Program-made: the position numbers and the translations under genes
The notes under the pieces: model-generated
What the model was told of the DNA's origin: nothing
Databases searched by the model: none
The model's input: only the letters and a program-made list of their open reading frames with translations
Origin: an uncultured Verrucomicrobiae bacterium
GTDB taxonomy: Bacteria; Verrucomicrobiota; Verrucomicrobiia; Limisphaerales; Palsa-1400
DNA length: 64,000 nucleotides
Assembly: GCA_963707025.1 (NCBI GenBank)
Contig: CAVPOM010000013.1
Location: forward strand, 32,001 to 96,000
Reading direction: 5' to 3'
In this document: one piece after another, positions 10,699-21,064 of the stretch
Numbering within the stretch: position 1 is the stretch's first letter
How the letters are laid out: each line of letters begins with the position of its first letter

Positions 10699-11436
10699 AT
10701 GGCAAAATGGCCCAAACAATTGCCGCCGCTCTCGCCGGAGGACCAGCGCGTCAACGACGATTTCATGGAGCATTGGCACGACGTGTTTCCCAACAAATAC
10801 AGCATCGCCGACAGTTGGAGCCACAGTTATCCGGCCAAGCACCGGCCCGCTCAATTCCTGCGCACCATCGAAATCGGCGCCGGGTTGGGCGAACATCTCA
10901 AATACGAAGTCCTGACCCCCGAACAGGAGCAGAATTACGTGGCGGTGGAATACCGGGAAAACATGGCCAAACGCCTGCACGAGGCCTGCCCGAAAATTCA
11001 AACCTACCTGGGCGATTGCCAGATGCGCCTGGATTTCCCGGACGGCCATTTTGACCGCGTCCTGGCCGTCCACGTCCTGGAGCATTTGCCCAACCTGCCC
11101 GCCGCCATCCGGGAGATGTACCGGCTGTGCAACAAAGCGACCGGCGTTTTCTCCATCGTCATTCCCTGCGAAGGCAGCCTGGCCTATTCGCTGGCGCGGG
11201 AGATTTCGGCCAAGCGGATTTTCCAGAAACGCTACAAGCGCCCCTATCACATCTTCATCTCGCGCGAGCACATCAACCTGCCGTGGGAGGTGCTGGGTGA
11301 AATCGCCCCCTATTTTGAAATGGTCCATTCGAGCTACTTTCCCATCCCGCTGAAATTCGAGTTCTGCAACCTGTTCATCGGCGCCAACTACAAGCCCAAG
11401 GCGCAGCCGGATCAATCACCCTCGTCCCGCCCATGA
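10699..11436 (+). CDS. Class I SAM-dependent methyltransferase
   Basis: IEIGAGLG motif I; FPDGHFDRVLAVHVLEHL. Confidence 0.85.
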   Translation: MAKWPKQLPPLSPEDQRVNDDFMEHWHDVFPNKYSIADSWSHSYPAKHRPAQFLRTIEIGAGLGEHLKYEVLTPEQEQNYVAVEYRENMAKRLHEACPKIQTYLGDCQMRLDFPDGHFDRVLAVHVLEHLPNLPAAIREMYRLCNKATGVFSIVIPCEGSLAYSLAREISAKRIFQKRYKRPYHIFISREHINLPWEVLGEIAPYFEMVHSSYFPIPLKFEFCNLFIGANYKPKAQPDQSPSSRP

Positions 11437-12299
11437 TTATGACACGACGCCAGGCCATCAAAACCGCCACGCTGGCCACCGCCGCCGCCGCCACCCTCAC
11501 CCCGCGCCCCGCCGCCGCCGCCGGGGCTGCGCCGCTGGCCGGCCGCATCCGCCAATCTGTCTGCCGATGGTGCTATAAGAACATTGCGCTGGACACGCTT
11601 TGCCAGGCGGCCAAACGGATGGGGCTGCAATCGGTGGAGATTCTGCCGCTCTCCGACCTGCCCGTGCTGAAACAATACGGGCTGATCAGCGCCATGGTCA
11701 CCGGCGTGCCGGGGGACATCGCCAAGGGACTGAACCGGGTGGAGAACCACGAGGCCATCGCCGCGTTTTTCGAGAAGACCATTCCGCTGGCGGCGGCGGC
11801 GGGCTGCCCGAACCTGATCTGTTTTTCCGGCAACCGCCAGGGGATGAGCGACGAGCAGGGCCTGGACAACTGCGCGGCCGGGTTGAAACGGTTCCTGGCG
11901 CTGGCCGAGAAAAGCGGGGGCACCGTCTGCATGGAACTGCTCAACAGCAAGGTGGATCATCACGATTACATGTGTGACCATACTGCCTGGGGAGTGGAAC
12001 TTTGCCGGCGCGTCGCCTCGGAACGCTTCCAACTGCTCTACGACATTTACCACATGCAAATCATGGAAGGGGATGTCATCCGCACCATCCAGACCCAGCA
12101 CCAGTATCTCGGCCACTACCACACCGGCGGCGTGCCGGGCGGGCACGAAATTGATGAGACGCAGGAGCTCTATTATCCGGCCATTATGAACGCCATCCTG
12201 GGCACGGGGTTTAAAGGCTTCGTCGCCCAGGAATTCGTCCCGCGCGGCCCCAATCCGCTCGCTTCCCTGGAGAAATGCGTGCGGATTTGCGATGTTTGA
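11433..12299 (+). CDS. Hydroxypyruvate isomerase-like TIM-barrel protein (xylose isomerase/AP-endonuclease 2 fold) with Tat signal
   Basis: TRRQAIK twin-arginine leader; MELLNSKVDH, LLYDIYHMQIMEGD, GHYHTGGVPG and QEF motifs. Confidence 0.85.
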   Translation: MIMTRRQAIKTATLATAAAATLTPRPAAAAGAAPLAGRIRQSVCRWCYKNIALDTLCQAAKRMGLQSVEILPLSDLPVLKQYGLISAMVTGVPGDIAKGLNRVENHEAIAAFFEKTIPLAAAAGCPNLICFSGNRQGMSDEQGLDNCAAGLKRFLALAEKSGGTVCMELLNSKVDHHDYMCDHTAWGVELCRRVASERFQLLYDIYHMQIMEGDVIRTIQTQHQYLGHYHTGGVPGGHEIDETQELYYPAIMNAILGTGFKGFVAQEFVPRGPNPLASLEKCVRICDV

Positions 12300-12301
12300 C
12301 T

Positions 12302-12751
12302 TTAATGCCAGCCGGGAAAGCGAAGGCCGTTTCTGACGTAGTTGTAATCCGGGCCGCTCGCAGGTCCTGTAAAGGCCCCCATGGTCCCTCCCTTGGCCGC
12401 CTTCTGTCCGTCCGCGATGATGCCCGGGTCGGTCCATTTATGGGTCCCAACGTGGCCGTCAATGAAGGACCAAGTATCGCCATCCACATGGTACATGGCC
12501 GGAGGATCCTCCCACGTAAAGGAGCCGGGGGCTGCGCCGTTCAGTTGCCAGTTCACCACCCAGGTCCCGTCGTTATACCCGCGCGAATCCGTGTCCTCGA
12601 CGGCGGCAAAAGTCTCCGCCGGAGCGGTCACGTCCGCATCTTTGAAACAGCAGGTGACCACGAGCAGTTCGATCAGGGTAAAGCCCGGGGTGGCCCGGAG
12701 CCGGGCGGCCCGGCGGGGAAACAACCCGCCTCTATGGGAACGATGGGTCAC
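12302..12751 (-). pseudogene. Internally deleted prepilin-type N-methylation / H-X9-DG domain protein
   Basis: GFTLIELLVV is joined directly to a C-terminal region with H-X9-DG (HVDGDTWSFIDG); the rest of the hydrophobic helix and the central domain are missing. Confidence 0.65.
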
Positions 12752-12914
12752 GCCTTGAGACAATCCGCCTTCTTCCCGCGGAGTCAACCCGTCAGTTCTA
12801 ACCAGACCCCGCCAGTTCCGGCGATACGATGATTTTTCCGCGTTTTTCAGTGTTGCCAAAGGGTAGCTTCCGGCCGATGGCCAGACCATAGAACATTCGT
12901 TCTACCGGGGCGGT

Positions 12915-13739
12915 TCAGGGGTGGAGCCGGTCCAATCCGCGCCGCCCCAATTCCGCCGCCAGCAGCACCAGGGCCATCGCCGCCAGCGGCGCCAGATCCA
13001 CCCGGCCCAGGCGCAAGGGCAGCCGCTGGAGCGGACGCAACAGGCCGCGCGCCGTAGTGTTGACAAAGTTTAAAAAGGGAAAATCGCCCAGGTAAACGTA
13101 GCTGTTCAGCACATAGAGGGCGAGAAACCCCACCACGAGAAACTTCAGGGCAAAATAAACCGCCAGGCCGATGACCGCCCCCTGCGCCAGCAAATGCCAG
13201 GCCGATACCCGGGGCACCATGCCAATCCTCCAGAGCAGCAGCGGATTGAGGGCGCACCACAGGGCCATCGTCACCAGGAGCGGGAGCAGCAACTTCACCG
13301 CGCTGGGCCAGCGTTCCAGCCGCCCCAGATGCAGCCGCACCAGCCGCTGGGCCGGGTCCGCATCGGAGACCGGCGCATTGACCGACGAGAGCAGGAGCAG
13401 GCAAAGATAAAAAAAGCCCAGCGTCGCGCCGAAGCTGAAAAAGGAAAACAGCAGCATGCGCCCCGGCCAGTCGCTGTGGAACAAAAGCGCGATGGCGCTC
13501 AATCGAATGCCCGGGTCCCACTCCAGGGGCGAGCCGGCCTGCCAATAAAACAGGGCGCGGCCCAATAACAGGGCGGCCAGGGCCACCAGATACCACCAGC
13601 GCGCGCGCGGCGGGTCCGCCCGCCGGGGCAGGGCCGTGCCCGCCGCGCCCGCCGGCATCATGACTGGCGGCTGGACGGCGCGCCAGTTCAGCCAGAGCAA
13701 AAGTCCGGCCACGTTCAGAATGAAATCAATCAAACTCAT
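12915..13739 (-). CDS. YggT-family integral membrane protein
   Basis: Multiple TM segments; two YggT-like halves ending LLRPLQRLPLRLGRVDLAPL. Confidence 0.7.
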   Translation of the reverse strand: MSLIDFILNVAGLLLWLNWRAVQPPVMMPAGAAGTALPRRADPPRARWWYLVALAALLLGRALFYWQAGSPLEWDPGIRLSAIALLFHSDWPGRMLLFSFFSFGATLGFFYLCLLLLSSVNAPVSDADPAQRLVRLHLGRLERWPSAVKLLLPLLVTMALWCALNPLLLWRIGMVPRVSAWHLLAQGAVIGLAVYFALKFLVVGFLALYVLNSYVYLGDFPFLNFVNTTARGLLRPLQRLPLRLGRVDLAPLAAMALVLLAAELGRRGLDRLHP

Positions 13740-13811
13740 CCGTCGGCGCGCGTTGAGATGATGTAACCATGCCACGCCGCCCCTTCAATGAAAAACAAAA
13801 AAATCGCGCCT

Positions 13812-14715
13812 TTACATCATTTTCAGCAGCGTGTCCGCCATCTCGGAAGGCGTGGCGGCGACGCCGATGCCCGCTTCCTGGAACGCCGCGATTTTCGCCG
13901 CCGCCGTGCCTTTGCCGCCGCTGATGATGGCGCCCGCGTGGCCCATGCGCCGTCCCGGCGGCGCGGTCGCTCCGGCGATGAACCCGGCCACCGGCTTTTT
14001 GCAATTCTCTTGATCCACTCGGCCGCTTCCTCCTCCGCCGAGCCGCCGATTTCGCCGATCATGATGATGCCGTGCGTGTCCGGGTCGTCGTTGAACATTT
14101 GATGACGTCCAGGTGCGACGTGCCGTTGACCGGATCGCCGCCGATGCCGACGCAGGTGGATTGGCCGGCGCCGCGGCAGGTCAATTGCCAGACCGCCTCG
14201 TAGGTCAGCGTGCCGCTGCGCGAGACCACGCCGATGTGGCCTTTTTTGTGGATGTAGCCGGGCGCGATGCCGATGCGGCAGCCGCCCGTGCGAATCCTTG
14301 CCTTCGCCGGGCGTGACGACGCCGGGGCAATTCGGCCCGATCAGCCGCGTCTTGGCGTTGCCTGCATCGCGCGTTTGACTTTCACCATGTCGTTGACCGG
14401 AATGCCTTCGGTGATGCAGACGACCAGATTCCAGTCCGCGCATCCACGCCTTCGAGGATGGCGTCCGCGGCGAAGGGCGGCGGGAACGAAAATGGCGGAG
14501 GCGGTCGCGCCGGTTTGCTTCACGGCCTCGGCCACCGTGTCGAAGATCGGGACTTTTTTGCCGCCATGCTCAAAGAATTGGCCGCCCTTGCCGGGCGTGA
14601 CGCCGGCGACGACCTGCGTGCCGTAATCGATGGAGAGTTGCGCGTGCCGCGCGCCGAAACTGCCGGTGATGCCCTGGACGAGAACTTTGGTGTTGGGGGT
14701 GACGAGGATGGACAT
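13812..14715 (-). CDS. sucD: Succinyl-CoA ligase alpha subunit (several apparent frameshifts, likely sequencing errors)
   Basis: [50 protein letters not shown] and [10 protein letters not shown] (phospho-His) are spread over different frames. Confidence 0.92.
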
Positions 14716-14749
14716 GATAGATTTTTGCTTCGCGGTTGCCGGTCGTGGG

Positions 14750-15247
14750 TCAAAACATTTCTTTCTGCTGCTCCTTTTTCTCTTTGATGCCACGGAGCAA
14801 TTTCACGGCAGACAAATCCTTTTCGCGGCCGGCCGCTTCCTTGGACGCTATCAGGGCCTCAAGGCTGAGAATTCGGAATTCACCGTAAGAGGTTTGGTGG
14901 GTGATGGAACGCTGCAAAACTTGTTCGTAGTTTCCAACGCCGGACACCTCGCCCAGACAATCCAATTTCCCCAAATCGGTTTGGAGATAAACATTTTTCA
15001 GCCGGTCGCAAAGGTCATCCGTTAATTCGAGCGGCAGCTTGTTGGCGGCCAGCCGGTGGAACGGGTGCAAGTCCCTGACCGCACTTTCGAGTCGCCGCAA
15101 GTTGTCCCGGCTGAACCGGCAACAGATGTCCAAGTCGTAAGTGAGCAGCGCAACGCCGTGCAAAACACCGCAGACGCCGCCGATCACGACGAACTCGACC
15201 CCTTGGTCTTTGAGTCGCGCCAGAAGCCCTTTGTCATTCTGTGTCAT
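14750..15247 (-). CDS. Nucleotidyltransferase (pol-beta superfamily), possible toxin/antitoxin component
   Basis: VEFVVIGGVCGVLHG...TYDLDI (GG + DxD); LIASKEAAGREKDLSAV. Confidence 0.75.
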   Translation of the reverse strand: MTQNDKGLLARLKDQGVEFVVIGGVCGVLHGVALLTYDLDICCRFSRDNLRRLESAVRDLHPFHRLAANKLPLELTDDLCDRLKNVYLQTDLGKLDCLGEVSGVGNYEQVLQRSITHQTSYGEFRILSLEALIASKEAAGREKDLSAVKLLRGIKEKKEQQKEMF

Positions 15248-15452
15248 GCTGAATGCTGGCCTGCCGCAGTTCCAGAACAAAGTCCAGCACGCGCTGATGC
15301 TCGTCCAGCCGCTCCTCGGGAGTTTGTTTCAAGGCATCTTCAACCAGCGACATATCAAACCCGTATTCGCAAGCCGCGCGCCACGCCGGACCAGCATCCG
15401 CCGGGCAAACATAGCCGCGATTGAGTTCTTCGATGAGGGCGTCGTTGTTCAT
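15234..15452 (-). CDS. Small helical protein coupled to the nucleotidyltransferase
   Basis: 72 aa, overlaps both neighbours; GFDMSLVEDALKQTPEERL. Confidence 0.65.
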   Translation of the reverse strand: MNNDALIEELNRGYVCPADAGPAWRAACEYGFDMSLVEDALKQTPEERLDEHQRVLDFVLELRQASIQHDTE

Positions 15453-15832
15453 GGTTTAATTATGACGCCTTCCGCTTTTTGAATGCAAATGGTGTTGCCG
15501 TCGGGATCAAAAATCATCGCCATGTGGCAGACAGGCGTGGGCGTCGGCTCGACGCGGAATTTCACCCCCTGTGCGCGCAAATGGGCAATCGCCGCGTCGA
15601 AATCCTCCACTTCCAGCGCCACCGAGCAGCCGTCGGGACTCGGTTTGAACATTCCCGGGGCGCAGCCAAGGGCCAGCGTATGCGGCCCCAATTCATATTC
15701 CACCCACTGGCCGTGCTCGGAATTGTTGATGTGACTGGGCTTCAACCCCAGCGCCCCTTCGTAAAACTTGCGCGCCCGCGCCATGTCGGTGACGGCGTAA
15801 CAACTAAAGGCAATTTCGGCGACTTTGATCAC
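15449..15832 (-). CDS. VOC / glyoxalase family protein
   Basis: YAVTDMARARKFYEGALGL; VALEVEDFDAAIAHL; IFDPDGNTI. Confidence 0.85.
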   Translation of the reverse strand: MIKVAEIAFSCYAVTDMARARKFYEGALGLKPSHINNSEHGQWVEYELGPHTLALGCAPGMFKPSPDGCSVALEVEDFDAAIAHLRAQGVKFRVEPTPTPVCHMAMIFDPDGNTICIQKAEGVIIKP

Positions 15833-15835
15833 AGG

Positions 15836-16204
15836 TCATGCGGCCAAGATCGGTCCACCAGCGACAAGTTTTTTGGCGCGGGAATCCACCCGCAAATTCA
15901 TTCCTTCCAGCGATCGTGCGCCCAGGATTTCCAAGTCTCCCGCCTCGCCAAAAATAACTTCATCCGTCGTGAGCGCGTCGCCGACACGAATGATGGCGAA
16001 GCCGACAGCCCGCGTGATATGCCGGCCGTTGGCCATGACAAAGGTGTAATCCTTTTTCTCGCGCTTGACGCCGATGCTTTTCAGGGTCTCGCCGTTGATC
16101 CAGGTGAATTCCGCCTCGGAGTCCACCAGCATTTTTTGGACTTCAGCCGACTTCTTCCGGTCAACTTGGTTTTCAACGCGACCGCTCGTGTAAAATGTCC
16201 CCAT
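15836..16204 (-). CDS. Clan AA (retropepsin-like) aspartyl protease family protein
   Basis: MGTF...[11 protein letters not shown]...FVMANG...[15 protein letters not shown]; canonical D-S/T-G reads DSE here. Confidence 0.7.
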   Translation of the reverse strand: MGTFYTSGRVENQVDRKKSAEVQKMLVDSEAEFTWINGETLKSIGVKREKKDYTFVMANGRHITRAVGFAIIRVGDALTTDEVIFGEAGDLEILGARSLEGMNLRVDSRAKKLVAGGPILAA

Positions 16205-16228
16205 ACGATTTTTCATGCCGCCAATTTA

Positions 16229-17436
16229 TCATTTGCCCACGGCTTGCACAACCTTCTGCGCCGCATCCGCCATCGAATCGCCGGGGATGATGGCCACGCC
16301 GGATCCGGCCAGAGTTTGCCTGCCCGCCGCCACGTTGTTGCCTTCCAGCCGGACGACCAGCGGCAGTTGCAACCCGGTTTCCTTCACCGCCGCGACGATG
16401 CCGCCGGCGATGATGTTGCAATCCATGATGCCGCCAAAAATGTTGACCAGAATTCCTTTCACCTGCGGATCGCTCAAAATGATTTTGAACGCCGCCGCGA
16501 CCTGCTCCTGGCTGGCCCCGCCGCCCACGTCCAGAAAATTGGCCGGGTTCGCCGCCGCAATGCTGGATGATGTCCATCGTGGCCATGGCCAGGCCCGCGC
16601 CGTTGACCAGGCAGGCGATGTTGCCGTCCAGCTTGATGTAGTTGAGATGGTGTTTGCTGGCTTCGATTTCCAGCGGCGCTTCCTCCGCCAGGTCGCGCAT
16701 GGCCTGGAGGTTGGGATGGCGATAGAGCGCGTTGTCGTCCAGGCTGATTTTGGCGTCCACCGCCATGAGCGACTCCTTGCCGTCGGGACCGGTCGACGAG
16801 GCAAAGCGGATTGATTTCCACCATGCTGGCATCGCATTCCCACCAGGTCTGGTAAAGCCCGCCAAACATTTTCGCCCCCGCCCCAATCAAATCCCCCTTC
16901 AAGCCCAGCGCGGCCGCCAGCTTGCGCCCTTGAAAGGGCATCAAGCCCACGGCTGGATCCACCGCTTCTTTGATGATTTTTTTCGGATGTTTGGCCGCCA
17001 CTTCCTCGATGTCCATGCCGCCTTCCGTGCTGGCCATGACCATCGGGCGGGAGGCGGCGCGATCCAGCAGAACGGCGCCGTAAAATTCCTTCCGGATGAG
17101 CGGCGCGGCCGCGACGAGCACCCGGCTCACCAACCGCCCCTCCGGGCCGGTTTGTTTGGTGACGAGCACCTGGCCCAGCATCGCTCCGGCAATCTCAAAA
17201 ACTTGGCCGGCCGTCTGGCACAGCTTGACGCCGCCCTGGAAGCCGCTTTTGAAAGTCCCCTTGCCGCGGCCGCCGGCGTGAATCTGGGCTTTGATGGCGA
17301 GGCGGTTGTGTCCCTGGGCCAGGAGGTGGGCGGCGGCTTGTTGGGCGGCCTGGGCCGAGGCGCAAACCTCGCCCGCCGGCACCATCACGCCGTGCTGGGC
17401 CAGCAATTCTTTGGCCTGGAACTCGTGGATATTCAC
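16229..17436 (-). CDS. sucC: Succinyl-CoA ligase beta subunit (two apparent frameshifts, ~16795 and ~16550)
   Basis: [66 protein letters not shown] and NIFGGIMDC. Confidence 0.93.
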
Positions 17437-17450
17437 TGTTTAGAGTCCAT

Positions 17451-18584
17451 TCACCGCAGGGAAATCGGCTTGACTCTCATTCCCACCGGCCCGGTGTAAT
17501 TGCTTTGCGGGCGGATCAGGCGGTTGTCGGCCAGTTGCTCCAGCACATGGGCCGTCCAGCCGGCGGTGCGGGCAATGGCAAAAATGGGCGTAAAAAGATC
17601 GGTCGGAAATCCCATCGAATAATAAACGGTGGCCGAATAAAAATCCACGTTGGCATTGAGTTGCTTTTTCTTCAGCATCAACTCCGCGATGCGGTCGCTC
17701 ATCTGAATCCACTTCGGTTCGCCCAGTTGCGTGCTCAGGGTCTGGGCCATGCGCCGCAGCGTCGGGGCGCGCGGATCCAGCGTCTTGTAAACCCGGTGGC
17801 CGATGCCCATGATCTTCTTCTTTTGCGCCATGCATTCCTCCACATAGGCGTCCACCCGGTCCAGCGAGCCGATCTCCTGCAACATCTTGATCACCCCGGC
17901 GTTGGCCCCGCCGTGCAGCGGCCCTTTCAAGGTGCCGATGGCGCTGGTAATGGCCGAATACATGTCGCTCAACGTCGCGATGGTCACCCGCGCGCTGAAG
18001 GTTGAGGCGTTCATCCCGTGGTCCGCGTGCAAGACATAACACAAGTTGAGCGTTCGCTCCGCCTGCTCCGACGGCCGTTCCCCGTTGACCAAATAAAGAA
18101 AATTGGCCGCTTCTCCCAGCTTGGCATCCGAGGCCGGCACGGTCTTGCCCTGCCGGAGGCGATGAAAGGAAGCCGTGATAATCGGAATGCGCGCGATCAG
18201 CTTCATCGCCTTGCGCCGCTGCCCGTCCTGCGAGGGATCATCCCGTTCCGGGTCGAAACAGCCCAGCGCCGAAACGGCCGTGCGCACCACATCCATGGGC
18301 GGGGTGTCGCTGGGAACGGCCCGCAGCAGATCCAGGACCCCTTGCGGCAATTCCCGCTCCGCCACCAAGGTGGCTTTCAGCTCATCCAATTCGCGCTGAT
18401 TGGGCAGGTGGTTGTAGTGCAGCAAATAGACGACTTCCTCGTAAGTGACCTTGCCGGCCAGTTCGTTGATATCGTAGCCGCAATAAATTAATTCGCCGCT
18501 GTCGCCGCGCACATCGCTCAATCGGGTCTGGGCGGCGACGACCCCGTCCAGGCCCTTGCTGACAGCTTCAGAGGGGTTAGCCAT
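17451..18584 (-). CDS. gltA: Citrate synthase (short type; methylcitrate synthase not excluded)
   Basis: KGLDGVVAA, HADHGMNASTF, GPLHGGAN, MGIGHRVYK..DPR and NVDFYS. Confidence 0.9.
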   Translation of the reverse strand: MANPSEAVSKGLDGVVAAQTRLSDVRGDSGELIYCGYDINELAGKVTYEEVVYLLHYNHLPNQRELDELKATLVAERELPQGVLDLLRAVPSDTPPMDVVRTAVSALGCFDPERDDPSQDGQRRKAMKLIARIPIITASFHRLRQGKTVPASDAKLGEAANFLYLVNGERPSEQAERTLNLCYVLHADHGMNASTFSARVTIATLSDMYSAITSAIGTLKGPLHGGANAGVIKMLQEIGSLDRVDAYVEECMAQKKKIMGIGHRVYKTLDPRAPTLRRMAQTLSTQLGEPKWIQMSDRIAELMLKKKQLNANVDFYSATVYYSMGFPTDLFTPIFAIARTAGWTAHVLEQLADNRLIRPQSNYTGPVGMRVKPISLR

Positions 18585-18771
18585 GCGTCACAAGTTCTTT
18601 CTCTCCTGAGTGATTTGACATAAACAATCCGCTGAATGTAAGTGCCCGGCATGGAAGCGTCAACGGTTTTCCACCCCTTTTCCGCCGCCGCGGCCGCCTC
18701 TGCGCAGGGTTCCTGCCATGGCGCCGCCCGGTGGCCGGACCCGCCGGGCGCGGCTTCGCCAAAAATCACCA

Positions 18772-18800
18772 TTGACAACTCTTTCCCTAACTGATACTTT
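18772..18800 (+). promoter_or_regulatory. Putative sigma70-type promoter
   Basis: TTGACA-17 bp-TACTTT with an extended TG, upstream of the DUF4132-like gene. Confidence 0.5.
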
Positions 18801-18987
18801 ATTTCTCAGTGATGGTTGTGCTGTCAGAACCGGCCCCGCCGGGAAGGCGCCTCTGGAGACCCGTTGGCGCTCCCTCGCCCCATCCTCACCCGCCGGGCAT
18901 GCCCTAGTCTCCCAGGGAAATAAGTCAACCCTCCTTCCACAGATTCTTCCTTTGGCCTTTGGCATTTGTCGTTGCTTGAGCATGCCC

Positions 18988-20994
18988 ATGAAAATCCCCC
19001 CTTCTCCCCGCTCCCGTTCGCGCACAAAACAATCCCCGGGGCCGATGGCCACCCCCGCGAAAGGGGGCAAAAAATGGGACAACCCCGCCGGGCTGGACGC
19101 CCGCTCCCTTGAGTGGTTGGCGGCGGATTTTGCGCCCCTGGACGAATTGGCGGACCAAATGGCCTCGCGGGTGATGCGCTATGTCCTGCACGGCGCGGAC
19201 GGCAGCGTGCTCGCCGACTTGGCCGCGCTGAAACAAGCGGGACAAAAATTGCGCCTCTATGCCTCCACTTCGCCCGCCCCGGCCGCTTCCGCTCCGCTGT
19301 CCGCCGCAGCCAGTCCGCGCCGCCGCTTCTTTCAATCCGTCCAATGCTCCCTCCCGTCCTTCTTCGTGCGGCTGGGCCGGGTTTATGAAGCGGCTTCACG
19401 CTCCCTCCGGCTTGGCATGGCCCGGGCCTTCGGCGACCCGGACCTGGACTGGCTCCAGATTCTGTTGATCGAAGCCACCGAATTCACCCCCGGCGCCTGG
19501 CCGCGCCGTTGCCGGCCCTGTGCCATGCTGACCTCCGATCTGATCGAGGCGATGTTGCAGGGGGAGGGCCATCCGCCCGATTTGCTGGTGCGCACGGCCT
19601 TCCTGCCCCCCAGGCCGGCGCGGACCCGGTTCGGCCCGGAATTGGAGCCGGTCTGGGAATGCCTCCCCGGACTGGGCGCGAGCGCCGGGCGGCATCCGGC
19701 GGCGGTGCTCGCCGCGCTCAGTCAATCAAATTTCAAAAAACAGCTCCTGGCCTTGAACCTGCTGTAGCAATGCCAGGCGCCGCCGGCGGTGTTTCTCGGC
19801 CGACTGTTTGAACTGGCCCTCGGTCCGCGCCGCCGGGTCCGCGCCCGGGCCGCGCGGCTTCTCGCCGAAGCGCGGAGCGGGGCCGGGCCGTTTTTGCGGG
19901 AAAAAGCAGTCCGGGGCACGAGCGCGCAACGCGTCTGCGCCGCCCGGTTTCTTGCGCGCGCGGAAGGGGGGAACGCCCGCCCCTTTCTGGCGGCGCGGCT
20001 TGAGGCGGAGAAAACCCGGGAGAAGAAAAGCAGGAAGGTGTTGCGCGCCCTGGAAGAATTGCTGGCCGCGGGGCCGCCGGAGCCGTGCCCGGATGAAGCC
20101 CTGTCCCCGGAATTGCCTGCGTGGTGGAAACAGGCTCTCGGCCCCAAGACCGGCCGCCCCGCCCGCCTCGCAACCGCCACGGCCATCGCTCCGCTTCTGG
20201 CCGCCCTGAGAAAGGAAAAAAACGAGGCCGCCCGCAGCGCGATGATGACTTCCCTGGCCCAACTCGGCCTTCCGCCCGAACAACTCCTGGACCGCGCCGG
20301 CTTGCTGGAGGAATCAAGCCGGGTTCCGGCGCGGCCCACCCCGGAACTGATGTCCTGGTTTCCCTTCCCTCGTTTGCCGCCGGTTCATTGGGCGGACAAT
20401 GGCAGGCGGGTCGAACCGGAGATTGTCCGCTGCTGGCTGGCGCAATGCTGCCGACGCCAAAGCCCCGAACCCGGCCCGCTGCTGCGCCAGTACGCCGCAA
20501 ATCTAAAGGCCTCCGAGCGCGAGGCCCTTGGCCAGTTTGTCCTGGAGGCCTGGATCAGCCAAGACACCAAACCGGGCGCGTCCACTGCAACCATGGACGC
20601 GAAAGATTCGCCCAAAGTCCATCTGACCCACCACTCCATCCCGCCCCCACTCCATCCGGCAGCCGGTTCCACCATCGCCAGCAAGGGCGTTCTCGCCATG
20701 GCCGGCGCTTGTGCGGCGGCGGGCGCCCCCCTGTCCGTCCAGCGCTACCTGGAGCAATGGTATGGACGGAGGACCGCGCAATGCCGCGCCTTGCTGCAAA
20801 TGCTCGCCTGGGTGGAGCACCCGGCCGCGGTGCAACTCCTGCTCGCCGTCGCCGGCGGCTTTCGCACCCCGAGCATCCAGGAGGAGGCCGGCCGCCAGGC
20901 CGAGCACCTCGCCGAGCGCAAAGGCTGCTCCGTCGCCGGGTTGCTGAACATCCTTAAAAGGGAACCCGCTCCAAACTCAATCCGGAGTTTGTAG
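18988..20994 (+). pseudogene. DUF4132/MolR-like HEAT-repeat protein remnant with in-frame TAG at 19765-19767 and truncated C-terminus
   Basis: ORFs 18718..19767 and 19789..20994 share a frame. WFPFPRLPPVHWAD, FVLEAWISQD, YLEQWYGRRTAQCRALL and FRTPSIQEEA resemble the region preceding DUF4132, but the protein ends there. Confidence 0.6.
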
Positions 20995-21054
20995 CAGCGG
21001 CCTGGGAACGCCGCTGGAGGGGTTTTGATTCGCGGCGGTCCTGCACCGCCGCTC
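20990..21054. repeat. Degenerate GTAG-type REP doublet
   Basis: tgtagcagcggcctgggaacgccgct ... cggcggtcctgcaccgccgctcc, similar to 31210-31278. Confidence 0.55.
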
Positions 21055-21064
21055 CGGCAGGCTC

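Noticed and set aside
19765..19767. Amber recoding (pyrrolysine or alternative code)
   Set aside because: TAG ends several intact genes here (mnmE, motA, aldehyde dehydrogenase) and no pyl genes are present
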